The notes: a model not told the origin generated them from the letters alone. Shown: positions 37,680 through 49,413, numbered from the stretch's first letter. The stretch is DNA of 64,000 nt from Candidatus Sysuiplasma jiujiangense (GCA_019721075.1 JAHEAD010000014.1:404-64403), one strand, 5' to 3'. A program made the numbers and translations.

Positions 37680-39194
37680 TCACGCTTCCTCGGCAGCCGC
37701 TGGCGTTTTGACGCCGGCTGCCCCGGCGATTGCGCTTCCGGCAAGCGATATGATTACATTGATCGTCACAGACAAGAGTCCGATGTAAAGCAGTCCGTAC
37801 GACGATTTGAAGAAGCTCGTGGCCAGAGGACCGAATTTGTTAGCCACTTCGACAAGATATATTCCGACGAACATTCCAACCGCCCAGCCGGCGATAAGAG
37901 AATGTTTGTTCAGCCTCTTAATGAACAGCGCCAGGAAAACAGCCGGAAGGATCTGGAGTATGATGACGCCACCGAGCAATTGCAGCTGGATAGCATAAGT
38001 CGCCGGCACAATGAAGACAAATCCAAGTGCGATAAACTTGAAAACGGCAGACATCCATTTTGCGAGTGATGCCTCAGTTCTTGCGGGCATCTTTGGCCAG
38101 AATTCCTTGACAATATTTCTGACGAAGAGATTCGCCTGTGCAATTGCCATTATTGCCGCAGGGACAAGGCCGCCTATGAATATGCCCAGAAGCGCTATGC
38201 CTGCAAACCAGCTCGGCATTGTGTATACAATCAGCGCAGGGACAACGAGTATACCTCTGGAAGCAGGAGAGATAGTGTCCAGGTAAGACATTGCAGGGCC
38301 CACGGCATATACGAGCACACCGAAAAGCGCCAGTAATGCCAGCCCGATTCCGTAAATCGGAAGCAGTGCAGTGCTCCTCCTCAGCTTCTTCTGATCAGAA
38401 GAGCTTAGGGACCCGTTTATTGCATGAGGGTAAAGGAAAAGCGCGAGCGCACTGCCCAGCCACAGCGTCCAGTATGCGGAACCGTCGACAGCTGGAAGCG
38501 ACTGGAACGACTTCTTGACTGCAAACGCATGCTGAAATCCACCGTAACTCAGAGGAACAACAATTATTATGACAATTACGGTGATAAAAATAAGGACATC
38601 CTTGAAGACTGCGGTAAGTGTTGCTCCCCTGAGCCCCGTCGCGAATGTGAAAACTGCGAGAACAATAAACGAAAGGACAAGCGAAATTTCGATGACAGTG
38701 TTAATGTCCGCCAGTCCGGACAGCATCACAGTGAGGACCGCTCTCATTCCGACAATCTGAAGGGCAATATAGGGAAGTTCCGCAACAATACCCGTTATGG
38801 CAAGCAGTATTGCAAGGGTGGGGCTTTTAAATTTATCTTTCACAAAATCCGAGGAGGTCACATACCCGTGCTTTTTGGCCTCCGCCCAGAGTCTCGGCAT
38901 GGTTAACATGGCGATGGCAAATGTCGTGGCTACGTAGGGGACTGCAAAGAAGAAAAGAGCACCTTTTGCGAACACGCCGGATGGGACAGCCACGAACGTA
39001 TAGGCCGTATAGAGGTCGGCACCTATCAGAAACCACGTAAGGTAAGCCCCAAGTCTTCTCCCCGCAAGTGCCCACTCGCCTATGAGACCGAGATCCCCCT
39101 TTCTCCATCTGCCCGCTGAGAATCCCAGGATGACAAAGATCGCAAAGAGAACGAGAAACGAGATTATTCCCGGCAATCCCAGAAGCATAGACAA
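37680..39194 (-). CDS. Sodium:solute symporter (SSS) family transporter
   Basis: 504 aa, about 13 hydrophobic segments, with composition and layout typical of the SSS family. Paired with an upstream small-subunit gene. Confidence 0.75.
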   Translation of the reverse strand: MSMLLGLPGIISFLVLFAIFVILGFSAGRWRKGDLGLIGEWALAGRRLGAYLTWFLIGADLYTAYTFVAVPSGVFAKGALFFFAVPYVATTFAIAMLTMPRLWAEAKKHGYVTSSDFVKDKFKSPTLAILLAITGIVAELPYIALQIVGMRAVLTVMLSGLADINTVIEISLVLSFIVLAVFTFATGLRGATLTAVFKDVLIFITVIVIIIVVPLSYGGFQHAFAVKKSFQSLPAVDGSAYWTLWLGSALALFLYPHAINGSLSSSDQKKLRRSTALLPIYGIGLALLALFGVLVYAVGPAMSYLDTISPASRGILVVPALIVYTMPSWFAGIALLGIFIGGLVPAAIMAIAQANLFVRNIVKEFWPKMPARTEASLAKWMSAVFKFIALGFVFIVPATYAIQLQLLGGVIILQILPAVFLALFIKRLNKHSLIAGWAVGMFVGIYLVEVANKFGPLATSFFKSSYGLLYIGLLSVTINVIISLAGSAIAGAAGVKTPAAAEEA

Positions 39195-39195
39195 T

Positions 39196-39432
39196 TCAGT
39201 TCACCTTCCCGTTGCTGTCTATGATGAATGCAGCAATAACGAAAAGAATTGCAGAAATCGCAAGCCATAGCGTCTGGAACCAGTAATAGAACGGGACTCC
39301 TGCAACAGTCGGCTGAACAACGTCAAAATACGGCAGGTCAAAGTATACTACGAACGGTATAAGCAGCAGTATGGCCGCAACTACATCCTTTCCCGCGTTT
39401 CGATGGGCACGTTTACCTGTATCGTTCTGCAT
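39196..39432 (-). CDS. Small membrane protein, DUF3311-like partner of SSS transporters
   Basis: Two TM helices ([35 protein letters not shown]). Its stop lies 1 nt from the symporter start. Confidence 0.55.
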   Translation of the reverse strand: MQNDTGKRAHRNAGKDVVAAILLLIPFVVYFDLPYFDVVQPTVAGVPFYYWFQTLWLAISAILFVIAAFIIDSNGKVN

Positions 39433-39833
39433 TTCATTTCACCATAACTTCATGAGTCCAGCCTATGCCGGTTCCCAACCAATAACGAAAACGCCGCAAT
39501 AAAACGATTATTGCCGCTCCCCCATAATGTCCAGGAAGTAATCCGCAACATCATACTTAAATTTTCTCGATGCTCGGCAACTGTGTCCGTAGGAGCAGGA
39601 CAGAGCCACATGTTCATATGATCAAGGATATACCGCCGGATTGGTCGCCGGATTGAAATCCCGGCAGAATTGTGCCTTCCATGGAGAAAAGCGAATCTTC
39701 CAGTTCCCGCAACCGGGGCGGTCAGCATCAAAAATATGCCTTTCCTGCCCCGCATCACCTACAAATCTCATGTTCTGGATGCAATTCCTGATCCGGCTGC
39801 CCGGTTACGCAGAATTGAAGCAGATTGCGAATT

Positions 39834-40967
39834 TCATTCCACCAGAACTTTGCCCTCACCAATGACCATGACAGGCCATGAATCCAGTGAGAAAGGATCC
39901 TTGTTCCATATAACCATTGAAGCCTTGTTGCCTTTCTTCAGGGTGCCGATATCCGGGCATTTAAGTATTTCGGCAGCATTTCCGGTTATCAGTGAAATGG
40001 CCTCCTCTTTTGAAAGACCATACCGGAGGAAAAACCTCAGCTGAAGAAAAAGATTTCTCTGAAGAACAACCGGATGATCCGTCATAAGACAGTATTTTAG
40101 TCCCGACTCCGTCAGGTATTTCACGTTCTGCCATTTTTCATGCTTCAGTTCGACCTTGTAGGAAAAAGCATCCACCGGACCGTAGATTACATTCAGTTTG
40201 GCCTTCCTTACCTTGGTCCACAGTTCACCTGAATGCACGTCTCCCGCATGGTTTATCACGGCGCTGAAACCAAATTCCTTCACAAGACCGATAAGATTGA
40301 CTATGTCATCCTCTTTGTGCACGTGCACCATGAGTGTCTGCCTGCCGTCGAGTATGTCCATCAGTGCTTCGACATGCGGTTCAATTTCATCCTTCGACTT
40401 CTTCTTCCTCCTGAGTAGATTGGAGGCTTTCCTTGCCTTGATCAACTCACCTTTCAATATTGAAATCGCTCCCATCCTGGTCGTCGGACGAGTTCCTTTC
40501 CATTCTGTAGTCGATCTTGGATTATATCCCAGAGCTGCCTTTGTTCCTGGCTGGGAAATGAATGCATCTTCTATGTCTTTGGCAAAATTACGAATCAGAA
40601 CTGTCTTTCCACCAATGATGTTGCCGCTTCCCGGCATTATGTGGGAATAAAGGACCCCATGCTCAATACTCTCCTGAAATGCAGAATCGTCCATATAGAC
40701 TGAATCTATTGCATTGACCAGCGGTAGTACAGAATCCATGTGCTCATTCCCCTCCTCCTCGTTTGAGGGCTCACCGCTTCTGGCAAGACCTATGTGGCTG
40801 TGGCCATCAATGAAACCAGGAGTTACGACTCCCTCGGCAACTACTTCGCAGTCCGGTTTCTCGCTGCCGACGGAAACAAGCCTATCGCCTTCGAACGCGA
40901 TAAAAACATTGGATTTGGCTGACCTGGCTGTCCCGTCATAAAATACCGAGGCTTTTATACAGTTCAT
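39834..40967 (-). CDS. Metal-dependent amidohydrolase (COG1228-like)
   Basis: Motif PGFIDGHSHIGL, later MVHVH and TDHP, typical of amidohydrolase-superfamily metal ligands. Confidence 0.75.
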   Translation of the reverse strand: MNCIKASVFYDGTARSAKSNVFIAFEGDRLVSVGSEKPDCEVVAEGVVTPGFIDGHSHIGLARSGEPSNEEEGNEHMDSVLPLVNAIDSVYMDDSAFQESIEHGVLYSHIMPGSGNIIGGKTVLIRNFAKDIEDAFISQPGTKAALGYNPRSTTEWKGTRPTTRMGAISILKGELIKARKASNLLRRKKKSKDEIEPHVEALMDILDGRQTLMVHVHKEDDIVNLIGLVKEFGFSAVINHAGDVHSGELWTKVRKAKLNVIYGPVDAFSYKVELKHEKWQNVKYLTESGLKYCLMTDHPVVLQRNLFLQLRFFLRYGLSKEEAISLITGNAAEILKCPDIGTLKKGNKASMVIWNKDPFSLDSWPVMVIGEGKVLVE

Positions 40968-41164
40968 GGTCCGTTACATGAATACAAACTAAAAAGCATT
41001 TTCCCAGGCTGCTTGAAACAATAGTGATTTTAACAGCGCATTACACTATCACAATGCATGCACTTTCAAGGGTGAATGCACCTGTGTTCAAGTCTTGTGG
41101 AACCGCTGTGTAAGTCGTCCTGGCAACGGTTAACAATAAATAGAGTGTAAAATTTTGTTGCGGT

Positions 41165-42334
41165 GTGTCACTGCTTTCCATGATATGGCTGATTATCCTC
41201 TCAATTTTCACTGTTTATTCATTCATTTCCCTGGGAATTGTGTACATCCTCGCGATCAATATGGACAACATTGACAGGCATGTTTCTGCAGAATGTTTTC
41301 CACCGGCTTCCGCCGGTGGTCCCAAGGTCAGCATGATAATACCGTGCAGAAACGAACGGGAGGATATAGGGAAATGCATCGAATCGGCTCTTGCTCAGAG
41401 CTACCGAGACAAAGAAATAATAGTCGTTGACGGTAACTCGGAGGATGGAACATGGGATGCAATATGCAAGTACGCAGGCAGGATCAAAGCGCTTAGGGAA
41501 AGCGAAAGGCCAAAAGGCTGGACCGGAAAAAATTGGGGTGCATATCTCGGATACAGGGCGTCAGATGGAGAAATACTGCTGTTTGTCGATGGCGACATGG
41601 TTCTTGAGCCTGATATGGTGACAAAATGTGTCTGTACAATGAAGCAGGAAAAGATAGATCTGCTGTCACTCGGACCAAAAATGGTAATGAACGGATTCTG
41701 GGAAAAGCTGATGCTGCCTCTTTTTGCGCAGTTCATCATGCTCCTGTACATGCCGCCGCTTATGAACCGTGACAGGGGAAAATGGGCGATGGCTAACGGA
41801 CAATTCCTCATGGCCAGAAGAGAGGCATATGAAAAATCTGGCACGCACGAGCGAATTAGAGGAAAGATTGTTGAAGATGTCAATCTGGCAAAAATGTTCA
41901 GAGCGAGTGGCTTCCGGGTGCGTTTTTACTGGGCGAGCCAGTATCTCAGTACTAGAATGTACAGGAATTTTGCTGAACTGTGGGAAGGAATAGTCCGTGA
42001 CATACAGGGTGAGGTCGGCCGCCGTTTCCACCTGTACCTCCTGAACGCGCTTTACATCGTGGCAACCTTTTATCTTCCGGTGGTCCTCGCCCTCTATTTT
42101 GCATTTGCCGGAGAAGCTCTTCTGGCATCAATATCAGCGATTTCACTGATTTTCATTGTCCTGAGAATGTTTGTTTTCCAGGTTGGCACAGGCAGCCCAA
42201 AATGGTTTTCGCTGCTCTTTCCGGTTTCAATGGGAATGTACCTCGCCATGGTGTTGGCTGCTTTTTCAAAGGCCCTGAGGGGTGCAGACGTGGTTTGGAA
42301 AAAGAGGCACTATCCAATCACAATGGAGGAGTAA
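41165..42334 (+). CDS. Membrane-bound family 2 glycosyltransferase
   Basis: Motifs VSMIIPCRNERE, IIVVDGNSEDGT and FVDGDM (DxD), flanked by N- and C-terminal TM segments. Confidence 0.8.
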   Translation: MSLLSMIWLIILSIFTVYSFISLGIVYILAINMDNIDRHVSAECFPPASAGGPKVSMIIPCRNEREDIGKCIESALAQSYRDKEIIVVDGNSEDGTWDAICKYAGRIKALRESERPKGWTGKNWGAYLGYRASDGEILLFVDGDMVLEPDMVTKCVCTMKQEKIDLLSLGPKMVMNGFWEKLMLPLFAQFIMLLYMPPLMNRDRGKWAMANGQFLMARREAYEKSGTHERIRGKIVEDVNLAKMFRASGFRVRFYWASQYLSTRMYRNFAELWEGIVRDIQGEVGRRFHLYLLNALYIVATFYLPVVLALYFAFAGEALLASISAISLIFIVLRMFVFQVGTGSPKWFSLLFPVSMGMYLAMVLAAFSKALRGADVVWKKRHYPITMEE

Positions 42335-42376
42335 GCCGCAGCCGTTGCTGAAAAAACGCTGAAAGAAAACAGCTGC

Positions 42377-43531
42377 TCAGGGTACTGCCGGAAGATGGAG
42401 CAGCGCAAACATGATGCTTCCGAGCAAATAGGTAGCTGATGCCGCGCCAAGCGTCAGACCCACAGTTTCCAGGACCTTCTTCAGTACGGATGTGTCGGAA
42501 GACAGCGCAATGATTGTAGCGGCAGTAGTCTGTGCAGCTGCGACTGCAATAACGGAGAGTACGAGGCCCGTGATTCCGCCGACGAAGGCAAAAGGCAATA
42601 TCGGAAACGCGGATCCTATCAGGTAGAATAAGCCAGTCTGGAGTCCAGCCCTCCTCGGATTTTCGTCTGTATCACGGGATCTCCCGAGCTTGTTCCTTAC
42701 AAAAAACTCGGTGGCGGCGTCCTGATTCTGGGCCATGGAGCGTGCGGCCTGCTCGGTATAATCCCCCTGCAGTCCCATTTCATCGAGCATCGATTTGAGG
42801 CGCCCGACCTTCTCTTCATGGCTGACGAACTCAATTTCCCTGGCGACTCTGTCAGCCTGCCTCCTGCCGATCTCAATGTGCGCCTTTGTGGACATGTAAG
42901 CGCCTATTGCCATCGAGAGTGTCCCGGAAATGCCCACGACCAGACCACCTGCGGCCACTAGAATCGGCGTGTGCACAATGGGCACAAGTCCTGCAACAGC
43001 CGCCAGAACCTCCACCAGGCCGTCGCTCATGCCGTAGAAAACATCCCTGATGGACTCCAGGCGGCTCGAAACGCCGCTGAGCTGTGATGCGAAATATTCC
43101 TCATGCAGAACTTCATCGGTGATAATTGAATGGAGCTTCTCCCTGTCTTCAGCATCCAGGGATTCCACGTTCAGGAAATTTGTATATTCCACGATTACAG
43201 ATTCTTCCCCTCTCTCGAAGAGCCTGATAACGAGGGGGAGTCCGATGAGCCTTCGCAGTACAAGTATAAAGGCAGACTTGTAGCGTGGATAACGGTAATC
43301 TGCACGGGACTCGCCGTGCTTGCGAAGGAAATAATTCCAGAAATCGGCATGCGATTTTTCCATAGCGCCCAATTTGGAAAGAAGTATTCCCTTCTCCCTG
43401 TCCCTCTCACTGTTCCCAAGACGTGAATAGACCTCCGCATCCTTCAACTCCCCTTTGTAGAACCATCTGGCTTTTTTGACCACTTTACTGGAGACGGAAG
43501 TCATTCGCTCACTTTTGCTTCCTTCTATCAT
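42377..43531 (-). CDS. Ferritin-like (erythrin) domain fused to a VIT1/CCC1 iron transporter
   Basis: N-terminal four-helix-bundle-like region (EKSHADFW, DEVLHEEYF). C-terminal GMSDGLVEVLAAVAGL followed by multiple TM helices. Confidence 0.75.
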   Translation of the reverse strand: MIEGSKSERMTSVSSKVVKKARWFYKGELKDAEVYSRLGNSERDREKGILLSKLGAMEKSHADFWNYFLRKHGESRADYRYPRYKSAFILVLRRLIGLPLVIRLFERGEESVIVEYTNFLNVESLDAEDREKLHSIITDEVLHEEYFASQLSGVSSRLESIRDVFYGMSDGLVEVLAAVAGLVPIVHTPILVAAGGLVVGISGTLSMAIGAYMSTKAHIEIGRRQADRVAREIEFVSHEEKVGRLKSMLDEMGLQGDYTEQAARSMAQNQDAATEFFVRNKLGRSRDTDENPRRAGLQTGLFYLIGSAFPILPFAFVGGITGLVLSVIAVAAAQTTAATIIALSSDTSVLKKVLETVGLTLGAASATYLLGSIMFALLHLPAVP

Positions 43532-43582
43532 TCTAATTATAAAGTTTTTTGTGGCAGGCCGCCACCAGATCTCAAAAGTGTT

Positions 43583-45685
43583 ATGAGCCGAAAGCCCCTA
43601 TATCATGGGCGGAACGGCGGAAGTATTATTTTGAATTACATCTCTCAACGCGGCCTTCTGGCAATTCTTGTCTGCTTTCTGGTTGTGGCTTCATATCAGG
43701 CATACCATGTTGAAAGCTCAAACAGGCATTCAGTCAGCAGTGTTCTCAATCAACCCCCTGAAATTTTTTACAAACCTATGCGCCATTTGACGGGCGGATG
43801 GGACACCGGCCTCCTCCACAGGCATCGCACGCTTACTGTTGCTCCGTCCGGTTCCAAACCACGTTTTATATCGTCCGATATTTCATACAGCAACGGCTCG
43901 TTCTCCATTTCAAATGAGACATTATATTTCAATTCCACTTACAGCAGACCCATAACCGTCTTTGTGAATGACTCCAGACTTCTGATTAAAAATTCCATAC
44001 TCAGGATTAATGAGCGGATTGGCAATTACTCCTATTTCCTCCTCACAGGTCATGGATCTGTGATATCGATCGTCAACAGCGAGGTTATTGAAGGGGCCGC
44101 CGTTGTTTCATTCATTCCGGTAATCAGTCTAAACGACACTTTTTTATCTGTCAACAGTTCGGCATTTCTTTCAAACGGAGAATTGCTGAATACGTTGTCC
44201 TCACCTTATACGGAGATCAGCGGTTCCTGGTTTTCGGGTAACGGTACACTCGTGCAGGCAAAAGACATCGGAACAATGACAGTGGAGGGGACGACCTTTT
44301 CAGTCAATGGGACAACTCTGGATTCCACCTCCGATTTCGGCGGCATAATTTCCGTTTACACGGCATTCCGGTTCACATTCCTCGGCAATTCCATAAGTTC
44401 CTTTGACGAGAACGCTGCCTACGGGATGATTGCCGGCAATGTAAAGAGTTTTCAATTTTTCAATTCGACTTTTACATTCAGCGGCCAGAATTCCTCTGAA
44501 CCGGGATTCGACAGGTATGGCATGTATATCTTCAACTCAAGCTCCCTGTCCATAGAAAACGACATTGTAAGCGGAAACGAGATAGCAGTATCGATAACAG
44601 GCTCAGCATATCTCAACTTTTCGAACTTGAAAACCAATCAGAGCGAGGAGGGTCTGTCTCTCGCTCTTGACAACAGCATCAAGGTGGCCTATTCAGAATT
44701 TTACGGGGGGACATACGGTCTGCTGATAACTGATAGCAGTCATATCAGCACACAGGACAATTATTTCCACCGGACACTGTTCGGAATGAGACTTATCGGT
44801 ATTTACGGCGCCTACATTGAAGCGACCTATGAACAATACGTGATTTCATCGTTACAGATCGTGGATAGTCACAATGTCTCGGTTGTTGGGATTTATGACA
44901 TACTCATCCCGTACGAATTCAATTTCCTTGAGTTTTATGGAATCACAGTAGCAGGCTCGAAGTCGGTTACACTTGACTCAGTGTTGATGCAGACAGGTCC
45001 CGATTCCTCCGGTGGGTTCATTGACGGCCTTTCTGTTGTCTACAGCAATTTCACCAGTGTCCGCGACCTTCATGCCGTTTTCTCTGGACAGTTTGTTTCC
45101 ACTGCTGTCACTTTTTACAACTCCGCAAACGACAGCTTCACCAACTCCTCAGTCCTGTCAGAAGGGACTTCAGGAGATACAGGACTCTGGATTGTCAATT
45201 CGGAAAACAATACGATACAGGCTATCACACTGTACATCGTCGGGCAGCAGGCAGTGCTAATGCAGAATTCTACAGGAAACCTGTTGGCATCCACCTACAT
45301 GAGCGTCGATGGAGCCTCCACAAGCGGATTGTATGCATACAATTCGTGGCACAACCGTTTTGAGAATCTGACTATCGATTCCGAAGGGTACAATGCCGAA
45401 ACAGGAATAGTATTTCAGAATTCGAGCTTCAATTCATTTTCCAACACATATGTGGGCCTTACAGGATCGTTTTCAGCGGAATTGCTTGCAAAGAGCATCG
45501 ACTCGTCACACAACAGTTTCCGCGGATTTGATTATTATTCGTCCTACGTTTATCTGGAATGGGTGGCCACATCGCTGACACTTGCACTTCTTTCTGCAAC
45601 CGGACTCTTCATTGCTGTCACAAGGAAGACAGAGATCAAAATAGCAAGGGATGATAAAATCAGGTTCAAAAGGGTAAAACTCTGA
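43583..45685 (+). CDS. Surface protein with parallel beta-helix repeats, N-terminal signal anchor and C-terminal TM segment
   Basis: N-terminal LLAILVCFLVVASY. Repetitive Ser/Asn/Gly-rich units of about 22-25 aa (NS...I.N..) with many NxS/T sequons. C-terminal LTLALLSATGLFIAV followed by basic residues. Confidence 0.65.
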   Translation: MSRKPLYHGRNGGSIILNYISQRGLLAILVCFLVVASYQAYHVESSNRHSVSSVLNQPPEIFYKPMRHLTGGWDTGLLHRHRTLTVAPSGSKPRFISSDISYSNGSFSISNETLYFNSTYSRPITVFVNDSRLLIKNSILRINERIGNYSYFLLTGHGSVISIVNSEVIEGAAVVSFIPVISLNDTFLSVNSSAFLSNGELLNTLSSPYTEISGSWFSGNGTLVQAKDIGTMTVEGTTFSVNGTTLDSTSDFGGIISVYTAFRFTFLGNSISSFDENAAYGMIAGNVKSFQFFNSTFTFSGQNSSEPGFDRYGMYIFNSSSLSIENDIVSGNEIAVSITGSAYLNFSNLKTNQSEEGLSLALDNSIKVAYSEFYGGTYGLLITDSSHISTQDNYFHRTLFGMRLIGIYGAYIEATYEQYVISSLQIVDSHNVSVVGIYDILIPYEFNFLEFYGITVAGSKSVTLDSVLMQTGPDSSGGFIDGLSVVYSNFTSVRDLHAVFSGQFVSTAVTFYNSANDSFTNSSVLSEGTSGDTGLWIVNSENNTIQAITLYIVGQQAVLMQNSTGNLLASTYMSVDGASTSGLYAYNSWHNRFENLTIDSEGYNAETGIVFQNSSFNSFSNTYVGLTGSFSAELLAKSIDSSHNSFRGFDYYSSYVYLEWVATSLTLALLSATGLFIAVTRKTEIKIARDDKIRFKRVKL

Positions 45686-45904
45686 CTCTGTCTTAGAACG
45701 CCTGATGAAAATGACCGGACGGATCGGGGATGAACGTACATCGGAAGCAGTCGGAAAACGCCGGAGCCGGAGAAGAACATCGGTGCGTTTCTCCCGGAGC
45801 AGCATATGTATGTTTGGCTTCACCATCACGATGCGGTTAAGGCAGCAGGCAGCGAATTTTTCTGCGAGAGCTTTAAAAACCTGAACAATTTATTCAATGC
45901 CGTC

Positions 45905-47560
45905 ATGGCTCAAAGAATAATAAGGGCACCCCGTGGTTCCGCCCTGAATTGCAGGGGATGGGGTCAGGAAGCAGCTCTCCGGCTGCTGATGAACAACCTT
46001 GATCCGGATGTTGCTAAAGACCCCGACAACCTGATTGTATACGGGGGAAGGGGAAAAGCGGCAAGAAACTGGGAGAGTTTTGACAGGATTGTCGAATCGC
46101 TGAAGACAATGGATAATGATGAAACGCTTCTCATACAATCCGGCAAGCCGGCTGGCATTTTCAGAACAGGGCCGGATTTGCCCAGAGTGCTTATCTCCAA
46201 CGCGATGATCGTTCCAAGATTTGCAACGGATGAAATCTTCTGGGATCTCGAATCGAAGGGGCTGACGATGTACGGGCAGATGACAGCCGGTTCCTGGATA
46301 TACATAGGTACACAGGGGGTATTGCAGGGCACTTACGAAACGCTGCATGCACTCGGCAGAAAGGAATTCAATTCTAATTCTCTGAAGGGGAAATGGATCC
46401 TGTCCTCGGGTCTGGGCGAAATGGGCGGCGCCCAGGCTCTCGCAATCACGATGAATGAGGGCGTCGGAATCATTGTTGAAATAGACAAGTCAAAAATTTA
46501 CAGGCGGCTCAATGACAGATATCTAGACTGCTGGACAGACGATCTGGATGAGGCACTCAGACTCAAGAACCTTGCTCTGACCGACGGAAGACCTCTTTCA
46601 ATCGGATTACTGGGAAATGCATCGGAAGTTTATTCTGATCTCATGAAAAGGAAAATCGTTCCTGATATCGTGACAGATCAGACAGCTGCCCATGACTTGG
46701 AGCAGGGATACATTCCTTCCGGCATGTCCATAGGCGATGCAGATATTCTCAGGAAAGAGAATTATGAGGAATACAAGCGTGCCGTGTACACAAGCATAGT
46801 TGTTGAGACCGACGCCATGCTCTGGTTCAAGAAGAACGGCGCAATTGTATTCGATTACGGCAACAACATAAGGACGAGGGCAATGGAAGGCGGACTCCAG
46901 AATGCGTTTGAGATTGCGGGATATGTGCCTGCATACATAAGGGATCTCTTCGCAGTAGGTTCCGGGCCGTTTAGGTGGGTTGCGCTTTCCGGGGACGAAA
47001 AGGACATAAAGGCCATTGACAGCGCGATATTGAGTGAATTCGAGGATGAGCATCTTGCAACATGGATCAGACTCGCCGGCGAGAGAATCCATTTCCAGGG
47101 TCTGCCTGCAAGGATATGTTACATGAAATACGGAGACAGGGAGAAGATGGGACTGCTGATAAACAGCCTTGTGCGTGACGGAACTGTTTCAGCCCCTGTT
47201 GCGATAGGGAGAGATCATCACGACACCGGATCGGTTGCTTCGCCATTCAGGGAGACTGAAAAGATGATGGACGGAAGCGATGCAATTGCCGACTGGCCGA
47301 TACTGAACGCCCTGCTTAATGCCATTTCGGGGGCAACTTGGGTATCAGTGCACCATGGCGGCGGGACGGGAATCGGCAACTCCATACATGCGGGCCTTGT
47401 CGTCGTTGCCGACGGGACCGAGGAACAGGGGAGAAGGATATCCAGGGTCCTCAATGCAGATCCCGGCCTCGGGCTTATCAGGCATGCAGATGCAGGATAC
47501 CAGAATTCGAAGGACATCATAAACCGTGGGGTGAAGTTCAGATATACCGGAGGGCAGTGA
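45905..47560 (+). CDS. hutU: Urocanate hydratase
   Basis: Begins [40 protein letters not shown], followed by GEMGGAQ and other family-typical blocks. The upstream ORF extension (45806-45904) is judged non-coding. Confidence 0.9.
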   Translation: MAQRIIRAPRGSALNCRGWGQEAALRLLMNNLDPDVAKDPDNLIVYGGRGKAARNWESFDRIVESLKTMDNDETLLIQSGKPAGIFRTGPDLPRVLISNAMIVPRFATDEIFWDLESKGLTMYGQMTAGSWIYIGTQGVLQGTYETLHALGRKEFNSNSLKGKWILSSGLGEMGGAQALAITMNEGVGIIVEIDKSKIYRRLNDRYLDCWTDDLDEALRLKNLALTDGRPLSIGLLGNASEVYSDLMKRKIVPDIVTDQTAAHDLEQGYIPSGMSIGDADILRKENYEEYKRAVYTSIVVETDAMLWFKKNGAIVFDYGNNIRTRAMEGGLQNAFEIAGYVPAYIRDLFAVGSGPFRWVALSGDEKDIKAIDSAILSEFEDEHLATWIRLAGERIHFQGLPARICYMKYGDREKMGLLINSLVRDGTVSAPVAIGRDHHDTGSVASPFRETEKMMDGSDAIADWPILNALLNAISGATWVSVHHGGGTGIGNSIHAGLVVVADGTEEQGRRISRVLNADPGLGLIRHADAGYQNSKDIINRGVKFRYTGGQ

Positions 47561-48318
47561 TGCCAGCTCATACAGAGGTAAGGGAGGCGGTTCCAGCCGA
47601 CACGCATTCCATCAGGAAAATGCTCGAGGCCGACGATCCGGAGGACTATGTACCCGATGTCATAGAAAAGTGGATTGAAAACAGAGAGGTCTTTGTTGCC
47701 GTCAGATCGGGATCGGTGGCCGGCATGGCACATTATGAAAGAATGCCCGACGGAACAATCTGGCTCAGCGGCCTGAGGGTTGCAGGCAGTCTGAGAAGAA
47801 CAGGAGTGGGAAGAGCGCTTTCAAGGAAGATGACATCCATTCCCGGTTCGGAGGTTTTCAGGCTGATGATCAGCAGTACCAATAAACCGTCGGTGCAGCT
47901 CTCCGTACAGGAAGGGTTCAAATGCAGATGCACCGTTTCAGTGTGGCGGCAGGAGAGTGAGGCGGCTGAACCCGGGTTGAAGGAAGCCGCTGTTCAAACT
48001 GCAGAAATGGATTACCTGAAAAATTTCGACGGGCTGCTGCCCACCGCATGGTTCGCCTTTGTTCCGGACGGCACCATATCCTCCACGCTGAAAAAATTCG
48101 GTCTGCGCTATGTCAGAGACAGGCATGGCAACACGTTTCTGATGAACACGCATGAAAAGTCGCTGACGCCGCTGCACGCAGACAAAGATGCGTTCAATTC
48201 GATTCCGCGGGGATACGTGCTGCTTGCTGCCCGGGACGAATCGCTGGAAAATTTCGGGCTAAGGAAAACACTCTGGACAGAAAGCGTGGGCATTTTCGAG
48301 TACCACCGGGAGCGGTGA
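47560..48318 (+). CDS. GNAT-family N-acetyltransferase
   Basis: The ATG overlaps the hutU TGA by 1 nt (TGATG). Acetyl-CoA-binding motif LRVAGSLRRTGVGRAL. Confidence 0.7.
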   Translation: MPAHTEVREAVPADTHSIRKMLEADDPEDYVPDVIEKWIENREVFVAVRSGSVAGMAHYERMPDGTIWLSGLRVAGSLRRTGVGRALSRKMTSIPGSEVFRLMISSTNKPSVQLSVQEGFKCRCTVSVWRQESEAAEPGLKEAAVQTAEMDYLKNFDGLLPTAWFAFVPDGTISSTLKKFGLRYVRDRHGNTFLMNTHEKSLTPLHADKDAFNSIPRGYVLLAARDESLENFGLRKTLWTESVGIFEYHRER

Positions 48319-48359
48319 GTGTTCAGTATTCACCTGTCCTGCCCGGCACGGTGAGCCGG

Positions 48360-49397
48360 CTATGCAGCCGGCATTCTGTATCTGAGGATGGCGGCAACAC
48401 CGCCCAGCGCGTCAAGCTGCTTTCCTGCATCCCAACCGGAGGTTAAAACTGTAACCTCGCCTGCCTTCTCTTCAGCAAGTTTCAAAAGCGGTTCCGCAGT
48501 CCCCTCCCTTATCATCCTGTCAGTCACTGCAATTCTTTTCACCGCGCCTGCTTCCAGCGCTCTCCTGACCTCCTCAATTCCGTATGTGACCGGGCCGTTC
48601 GATGATATGAGCTCCTTTATCTCCTCCATCGTTTTTGTTTCAGCAGACATCCTTGCTTCCTGAAGGAGTTTTGAATTCTGCGGCTTCGAAAGTGCCTCCC
48701 TTATGCCTGCCATTCCGCCCTGCCCTGTCTGTATCGTCTGCCCTTCCGAAAATATCGATGGTTCCTTCTCCCTTGCCTCGCGCAAAAAATCCTCCTTTAT
48801 GAATCCAGGGCCGACGATCAGCACCGGAAGCCTCGGCATGGCTTTCACCTGCGATATGATTTCGGCATAGAAATCATCCTTTTCCTTTTTTGCTGACTCC
48901 TCCTTCGATTTTCGTCCCTGAATTGTTGCAATTTCCTCAACTCCAAAACTCTTTACGAGCGCTACCACAGCTTCCCCATGCTCTATCGCAACGCATATGA
49001 AACGCGAACTTCCCCTGTTCTCCACAGCCTCTCTCAGGCGTTCGAGATCATGCTTTTTCCAGGTATCCTTTTCGATTATCACATCGCTGCCTTCACCGAT
49101 GTTGAATGTGTGATATGAGCCGGTCCCGAACTCCGCCTCGACTATCTTTCCCGTGATTCGTAGGATGTTCTGAAAATCCATGAATTCCGTCCTTTCCACC
49201 ACGATTGTCAGAAACACCCTTATCCTGGTTTCCTTCTGCGCCCTGACAGCATCATCCCTCGCCTCTTCCCTCCTGAAGGTCTTCCCCTTTACCCTGTCCC
49301 CGGGTCTGACAATGTTGTAGAGATGCCACAGATCATCGCCGTTCGTGACAAGAACCTTGATTTCCCCTGTCTGCGGATTCTGGTTCAGGATTCGCAT
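48360..49397 (-). CDS. pelA: Pelota (mRNA surveillance / ribosome rescue factor)
   Basis: N-terminal MRILNQNPQTGEIKVLVTNGDDLWHLYNIV and an eRF1-like three-domain length of 345 aa. Confidence 0.9.
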   Translation of the reverse strand: MRILNQNPQTGEIKVLVTNGDDLWHLYNIVRPGDRVKGKTFRREEARDDAVRAQKETRIRVFLTIVVERTEFMDFQNILRITGKIVEAEFGTGSYHTFNIGEGSDVIIEKDTWKKHDLERLREAVENRGSSRFICVAIEHGEAVVALVKSFGVEEIATIQGRKSKEESAKKEKDDFYAEIISQVKAMPRLPVLIVGPGFIKEDFLREAREKEPSIFSEGQTIQTGQGGMAGIREALSKPQNSKLLQEARMSAETKTMEEIKELISSNGPVTYGIEEVRRALEAGAVKRIAVTDRMIREGTAEPLLKLAEEKAGEVTVLTSGWDAGKQLDALGGVAAILRYRMPAA

Positions 49398-49413
49398 CTT
49401 AATACCTGCCGAT

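Noticed and set aside
39634-39665. CGCCGGATTG tandem duplication followed by a T-arm-like hairpin GCCGG-ATTGAAATC-CCGGC
   Set aside because: The loop is 9 nt and lacks the TTCRA consensus, and no acceptor stem or anticodon arm can be built around it. It sits in a 400-bp gap that may be decayed sequence, and I could not assign it.
45806-45904. N-terminal extensions offered by the ORF track for hutU (45806), the GNAT gene (47338), metG (52364), the MBL hydrolase (24600) and the HAD gene (10922)
   Set aside because: In each case family-typical N-termini begin at an internal start: 45905, 47560, 52262 (GTG), 24618 and 10811. The extensions either overlap the upstream gene or add non-conserved sequence.
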